This document shows positions 59,704-64,000 of a stretch of DNA of 64,000 nt, piece by piece (positions within the stretch are counted from its first letter, which is position 1; each line of letters starts with the position of its first letter). The notes under the pieces are model-generated. The model saw nothing but the letters and a program-made list of their open reading frames with translations. It was not told the DNA's origin and searched no databases. A program made the translations under genes and the position numbers. This stretch comes from a bacterium (GTDB lineage Bacteria; Patescibacteriota; Minisyncoccia; UBA6257; GWB1-50-10): positions 21,384 through 85,383 of the forward strand of contig JAJYWR010000013.1 in assembly GCA_021791395.1 (NCBI GenBank), given 5' to 3'.

Positions 59704-61463
59704 CACTCCTCGCAGTACACGATCTCCGGACGGTCGGGGGCGTAGGTCGTTTCGAATTCGTTCGGACATTTCCCTTCTCCGTGGGAATGCTTGCTCGTAT
59801 TTTGATAGATACCGTTTTCAGATTTCGCGCCGGCACATTGGCATGTGCGGTGCCAGAGCCTCAAGGGGTTCCGCTGTTTAATCCTCTCATAATGCCTGCA
59901 ATTGGAACAGAGATGCGGAGGCGGCAGATCGAACTTGCGATAGAATGCAAGTTCTGCGGACGTAATTTTGAACGCTGTTGCACACTGATCGTTGCATTTA
60001 CCCTTATGCTCACAACCAATGGTTTGCTCAAGAATGTCGTCTTTTACTTCCCCGATCGTATCGGGAAGATCGTGAGCCTCCATCGTTATACCGTATTGCT
60101 TCTCAACTGATTCATGCCACCGGTATCCCCTTTCAAGGGCTTCTTCTCTGCTTAAGGGATGGAGTTCCGCTGCAACCGTCTCGTTGTATGAGAAAGGAGA
60201 AATCTCTGCGGGGAAGAATTCGCCGTAGCCATGCCTTCTCCCTCCGCGATCAACATACGGCATCTCGTCCATATGGCTCTCGATCTTCGGCACGAGTGCT
60301 TCGTATTCTTCCTTGGTATATTGCTTATTGAAAATGCAATACTGTTTGTTCCGAAGGCCGACGCATCCGAAAAGATCGGATGAATCGTGGCAGTTGTACG
60401 AATACGAAACATCGCGGCACGAACGGACGAAACGGGAATACCAAATGCCGTTTCCGGGGTAGACGGTCGATGAATCGACGACGCGTTCCGAATTAAGCCC
60501 CGAGTGGTCGCAATCGAAGCAATCTTTCACCTTCGAATAGATGAGCCAAAGATAGCCGGAATCCTCCGCTCCCTCGAACACTTCGAACGATCGTCGGCAA
60601 TTCTTGGCACCTTCGAGGTTGTCTCCGCTCGAATTCACACTCCGGAGGACGCGGGCGAAACGCCGGGGATATTCAAGGGACGCCAAGCGGTATTTTTCTT
60701 TTGCTTCGGAAACCGACCGATACCCTTTCGGCATCAGTTCTTTTATTTTCTTTTCATACCCCTCTTTTGTATACTGAACGTTCTCAATGCAGTACGACTT
60801 GTTCGCTAAATTCGTGCACCCGAAGCAATCATGACAGTTCTTGCAGTTGAAGAGGAAGGCGCCGTCGTAGCACCCTTCCGAGTAGCGGCTCCAGAAAAGC
60901 CGGCTCGAGGAAATGCAATCCACTGTTTCATAATTGAATTCCCCCTTCGATACCCAGTAGCAATCCATGCACTCTTTACTGTTGAAGATGAATGCCGAAT
61001 AGAGCGTATTCTCGTTGAAATCGCCGCCGATCACGAGATAACAGTCCTTATTCCCTTCCGTAATGCTGCAATACTCGCTCCGCACGCCCCGCTGGTTCAT
61101 CAGCGCCACGTCCGGCACTTCTTTCCATAATTCGCGAAGCTGCTCGAAAAACGGTTTCGAAAAATTGTAGTCACGCCCGTACACCATCGGATCCCATCCA
61201 TCGCTCCACCAGAATTCTTGATCGTACACCCGCTGGGGATTTTCCGGCGAAAAAAGGCAAAGCATGGCTTCTCCGTGTCCCGGCGCATCGCATTTTCGCC
61301 AATAGAGGATCCGCTCGTTGCGGTATGTCATCCGGCGCAGAAGCCGGCACTCAGGACAGAAGGTCGGCGGCGGAACCTGCATCTTCTCGTAGAACGCGAA
61401 ATCGTCCGACTCAATCGTGAACTCCTTTTTGCAGTTTTGGCAGATTCTTTTTTCTTGATTCAT
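59682..61463 (-). CDS. Cys-rich ZnR-FY family paralog 9
   Basis: MNQEKRICQNCKKEFTIESDDFAFYEKMQVPPPTFCPECR ... CSNCRHYERIKQRNPLRLWHRTCQC ... VYCEECYKSEVV. The track extension to 61511 is hairpin sequence. Confidence 0.85.
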   Translation of the reverse strand: MNQEKRICQNCKKEFTIESDDFAFYEKMQVPPPTFCPECRLLRRMTYRNERILYWRKCDAPGHGEAMLCLFSPENPQRVYDQEFWWSDGWDPMVYGRDYNFSKPFFEQLRELWKEVPDVALMNQRGVRSEYCSITEGNKDCYLVIGGDFNENTLYSAFIFNSKECMDCYWVSKGEFNYETVDCISSSRLFWSRYSEGCYDGAFLFNCKNCHDCFGCTNLANKSYCIENVQYTKEGYEKKIKELMPKGYRSVSEAKEKYRLASLEYPRRFARVLRSVNSSGDNLEGAKNCRRSFEVFEGAEDSGYLWLIYSKVKDCFDCDHSGLNSERVVDSSTVYPGNGIWYSRFVRSCRDVSYSYNCHDSSDLFGCVGLRNKQYCIFNKQYTKEEYEALVPKIESHMDEMPYVDRGGRRHGYGEFFPAEISPFSYNETVAAELHPLSREEALERGYRWHESVEKQYGITMEAHDLPDTIGEVKDDILEQTIGCEHKGKCNDQCATAFKITSAELAFYRKFDLPPPHLCSNCRHYERIKQRNPLRLWHRTCQCAGAKSENGIYQNTSKHSHGEGKCPNEFETTYAPDRPEIVYCEECYKSEVV

Positions 61464-61474
61464 GGTTCGTTCGG

Positions 61475-61503
61475 CCTCCGGGGCGCTTTCAGTGCCCCGG
61501 AGG
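61475..61503. repeat. Palindromic hairpin family A copy between paralogs 10 and 9
   Basis: Identical to 55997-56025. Lies 9 nt after the TAA stop of paralog 10. Confidence 0.85.
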
Positions 61504-61511
61504 AACCTCAC

Positions 61512-63218
61512 TTATGCCGTTAATTCAGCATAACATTTTTTACAGAGGATGCTTGGAGCATCATGATTTGCGACCGACGTCATGAATTCTGCGCCGCACT
61601 TCGAGCACGTCCGCTTTTCCATCTTCAAATTGTTGACCCAGATATCGATCTTCTCGTTGATCCTGCAAAAGGGACATTCTCGAGGCAAGGAATAATTCAT
61701 CTTCCGGAGGAATTCAAGCTCGTCCCTCGTTATCCTGAATCCCCGGCCACACTTCGCGCAACCGATAATTTCACTCAAAATCGAATCCGGCACATCTTTG
61801 ATATGATCCGGCAGATCAGCGGCCTTTTTTATCACCTCGTATTCTTTCTTCTCGAAAGTACGCCACCCGTAGCCTTCGGTACGCGCATCGCACTCGGTCA
61901 TCGGAAAAAAATTCTGAGCCAATGTCTCATTGTACGCAAACGTACTCATTTCGATCGGGAAAAATTCCCCATACCGGTATGTCCTTCCTTTTTGGTCGAG
62001 ATACGGCATGTCCATCATATGCTGCCGTATTTTCGGGACGAGAGCATTGTATTCCTCGGAGGTATACTGCTTGTTCAAAATACAATACTGGCCCTTTTTG
62101 AGAGAAACGGATCCGAAGACATGTGCCCCGCCGTAGATGAGAAATGAGTATTCCGAGTCAACTAAATTCAAGCCCGACCCGTAGTTGAATTTCACTCCGC
62201 TCGCGTTTTCGCCGACGTTCGGCGAATCGTAGGAAAGCGTGAGATTATTCCCCCAGCTCGTAATGTCGTAGCAATCTTTTGTTCCCGGAAGGTAGAGCAT
62301 CGCGAGGTATTTGGAATTCTCGGCGCCCAAAACCTCGTAGCACTCCTTACAGTTCCGCGATTGGAACACGTTGTTCCCCGTGCAGTTTTCGGTGAATTCG
62401 TTAAAGATTGGCTTCGGCGGGAATTTTTTCCAATGCCCTTCGGCCCGCCGTTGGATTTCTTGGTACTGCCGATACGACCCCAGGTCCCATTTTTTGATCT
62501 CCTTGAAATATTCTTCTCTCGAGTACGGCTCGTTGAAGATATGGTATTTTTTATTCCTCAAATTAACCGAAGCAAAACAATTTTGGCATCCCCATGAGTA
62601 TTTCAGGAAGTATGAATCGATCGATTCCGTTACTTGCCCCCGAAGACCGGCGCATCGGGTGCATCGGTATGTGTGCATCGAGTCGTAGCAAAGTTCAGAA
62701 TTCATAATGAGTGACGAGTCGAAGACCGATCTGCTCTCCGTGACATAAAAACCGTACGCGGAATCCTCGTCGAAATCGGCATGAAAGAGCATGTAGACAT
62801 TCTTATTATTGCCGCTCAAGTGCGAATAAGGCGAAGTCTTCAAGGTCATGAAATCCGTCGAGAGCGCCGGAAGCGGCGCTTCACGCAAAAGGTCCTTGAA
62901 TTGTTCAAAGAATGGCCGGGAGAAATCGTAATCGCGGCCGTATGCAAGCGGATCCCACTGATCGCTGAACCAGCACGGCACGCAAAAGACCCGATACGGA
63001 GCATCGGGAGCATAAACAGAGATCGTGTCCTTGCCGCAAAGGTCGCACTTCCGCTTATATAAGTTGATGACGTTCATAAACGCCAAGCGCCGCTCTTTAC
63101 GGCACTCGGGACAAAACGTCGGCGGAGGCACTTTTATCCTTTCATAAAAAGCGAAATCCTCGGACTCGATGACAAATTCATGGTGGCAGTTCTGACAAAT
63201 TTCTCTCCGGGGACCCAT
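61512..63218 (-). CDS. Cys-rich ZnR-FY family paralog 10 (subtype B C-terminus)
   Basis: MGPRREICQNCHHEFVIESEDFAFYERIKVPPPTFCPECR ... CAKCGRGFRITRDELEFLRKMNYSLPRECPFCRINEK ... ILCKKCYAELTA. Confidence 0.85.
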   Translation of the reverse strand: MGPRREICQNCHHEFVIESEDFAFYERIKVPPPTFCPECRKERRLAFMNVINLYKRKCDLCGKDTISVYAPDAPYRVFCVPCWFSDQWDPLAYGRDYDFSRPFFEQFKDLLREAPLPALSTDFMTLKTSPYSHLSGNNKNVYMLFHADFDEDSAYGFYVTESRSVFDSSLIMNSELCYDSMHTYRCTRCAGLRGQVTESIDSYFLKYSWGCQNCFASVNLRNKKYHIFNEPYSREEYFKEIKKWDLGSYRQYQEIQRRAEGHWKKFPPKPIFNEFTENCTGNNVFQSRNCKECYEVLGAENSKYLAMLYLPGTKDCYDITSWGNNLTLSYDSPNVGENASGVKFNYGSGLNLVDSEYSFLIYGGAHVFGSVSLKKGQYCILNKQYTSEEYNALVPKIRQHMMDMPYLDQKGRTYRYGEFFPIEMSTFAYNETLAQNFFPMTECDARTEGYGWRTFEKKEYEVIKKAADLPDHIKDVPDSILSEIIGCAKCGRGFRITRDELEFLRKMNYSLPRECPFCRINEKIDIWVNNLKMEKRTCSKCGAEFMTSVANHDAPSILCKKCYAELTA

Positions 63219-63220
63219 AG

Positions 63221-63409
63221 CTACTCCGCGTCATCGCCTTCCTCTTCCACGGTTACATGATTCTCGGTAAGAAGCCCGGATTCCTTTAATTTTTTCTGCT
63301 GCATTTTGAAAATCCTCTTACATCGAGCGGTCAAAATCAAACCTCTCACGATTTTATACGCGAGAAAAAGAACGACTAACCCTAGTACGATGTACCAAAA
63401 AACATTCAT
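63221..63409 (-). CDS. Small single-TM protein, co-transcribed with paralog 10
   Basis: MNVFWYIVLGLVVLFLAYKIV with an acidic tail. Its stop is 2 nt before the paralog 10 ATG. Confidence 0.45.
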   Translation of the reverse strand: MNVFWYIVLGLVVLFLAYKIVRGLILTARCKRIFKMQQKKLKESGLLTENHVTVEEEGDDAE

Positions 63410-63418
63410 CGTAAAAGT

Positions 63419-63447
63419 ATTATATCACAAATATGATGAAAAATCAA
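63419..63447 (-). promoter_or_regulatory. Extended -10 promoter for the 62-aa gene / paralog 10-9 unit
   Basis: Minus strand: TTGATT (63447-63442), 17 nt, TGATATAAT (63427-63419), 9 nt, ATG at 63409. No SD. Confidence 0.5.
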
Positions 63448-63457
63448 GATTTTTCTT

Positions 63458-63763
63458 CTATCCCACAACCGTCGTCATCCATTCCTTATATGCCCGATTG
63501 ACGCGTCGGACATCCACAACCGCAACAAGCGGCGTTGAATAGGAATGGTTTTGCTGAATGAGATCCTCGACATCCTGCACTTTCGATTCATTGGTTTTAA
63601 TGAGGAGCGCATACTCGTTTTCACACTTCATTTTCCCTTCCCATGTATAGCATGACTCGATCGGCCACGTATTGACACACGCGGCGATCTTCCGCTCGAC
63701 AATGAGCTTTGCAAGCTTTCTGGCTTCCTCAACACCCTCACAGGTTGAATAAATGAAAACCAT
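63458..63763 (-). CDS. cutA: Divalent-cation tolerance protein CutA
   Basis: 101 aa. IAACVN...Y.W.G.....E..L..KT and YS.P... pattern typical of CutA1. Confidence 0.8.
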   Translation of the reverse strand: MVFIYSTCEGVEEARKLAKLIVERKIAACVNTWPIESCYTWEGKMKCENEYALLIKTNESKVQDVEDLIQQNHSYSTPLVAVVDVRRVNRAYKEWMTTVVG

Positions 63764-63800
63764 TGTTCAATTTTATTTACCGACCTTTTCCTCCTTTGTT

Positions 63801-63992
63801 TTAAACCAGGGGCTCCGGCGTTTGATTGTCTTCGGCGGGCTTGCCCGTGATAGCCGCTTTTTCCTGCGCGCTTCGCCAAATGCCGGCTTCTTCTTCCGCG
63901 ATGAGATGCTTTGCAGCATCCGCCGAAATGGAATATTTTTCGCGGGATCGCTTGATGATCTCGTCTTTAAACGAAGGGTGGGTCGGCGGCAA
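63801..63992 (-). CDS. Hypothetical protein (may extend beyond the window)
   Basis: An ORF reaching the window edge region. No recognised domain. Confidence 0.3.
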   Translation of the reverse strand: MPPTHPSFKDEIIKRSREKYSISADAAKHLIAEEEAGIWRSAQEKAAITGKPAEDNQTPEPLV

Positions 63993-64000
63993 AACCTTCA

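Noticed and set aside
42085-63218. The paralog array as a prophage, integrative element, diversity-generating retroelement or toxin/immunity cassette system.
   Set aside because: No integrase, transposase, reverse transcriptase, template/variable repeat pair, phage structural genes or small immunity-like ORFs lie between the copies. The only mobile-element-like hint is the small excisionase-type HTH gene.

Overview
The window is a gene-dense, mostly minus-strand stretch of a bacterial chromosome. Gene content and short gene variants suggest a streamlined, uncultivated Patescibacteria/CPR-like organism (inference), and translation works with the standard code 11. I found no rRNA, tRNA, CRISPR array, transposase or integrase.

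Recognisable housekeeping genes:
- Metabolism: metK with a SAM-I riboswitch, ndk, eno, a D-2-hydroxyacid dehydrogenase, ppsA and an MOFRL glycerate kinase.
- Information processing and repair: nth, aspS, mnmA, efp, pepA and cutA.
- Membrane and envelope: tspO, an ABC-F ATPase, an ArsR/thioredoxin-like/permease operon, DUF2207, a P-type ATPase, CcdA plus a thioredoxin-like protein, a split ComEC and a VirD4-like ATPase.

The standout feature lies at 42085-63218. Ten tandem paralogs (about 17.4 kb) encode 550-600 aa Cys-rich proteins with zinc-ribbon-like modules at both ends and an internally duplicated solenoid-like core. I cannot assign this family to any characterised one.
- Six copies are chained by ATGA stop/start overlaps.
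- One copy is broken by a -1 frame change at an AAA-AAG-GGG run.
- Two non-adjacent copies share an 84-nt identical hairpin-plus-start cassette.
- The array is interrupted by a plus-strand MGMT-like gene plus an unknown ORF, by an MFS transporter, and by a small excisionase-type HTH gene hidden under a spurious ORF extension.

Other notable signals:
- Two dispersed repeat families: a CCTCCGGGGC...GCCCCGGAGG hairpin, and a GAGGAGAGCGGGGGGCC / AAAAATT unit with a DnaA-box-like head.
- A recurrent -10 box placed 7-11 nt before start codons, which suggests leaderless mRNAs.
- A (GGGTTTA)5 telomere-like tract.
- An internally deleted GH1 remnant.
- Several housekeeping proteins with unusual insertions, deletions or lost metal ligands.
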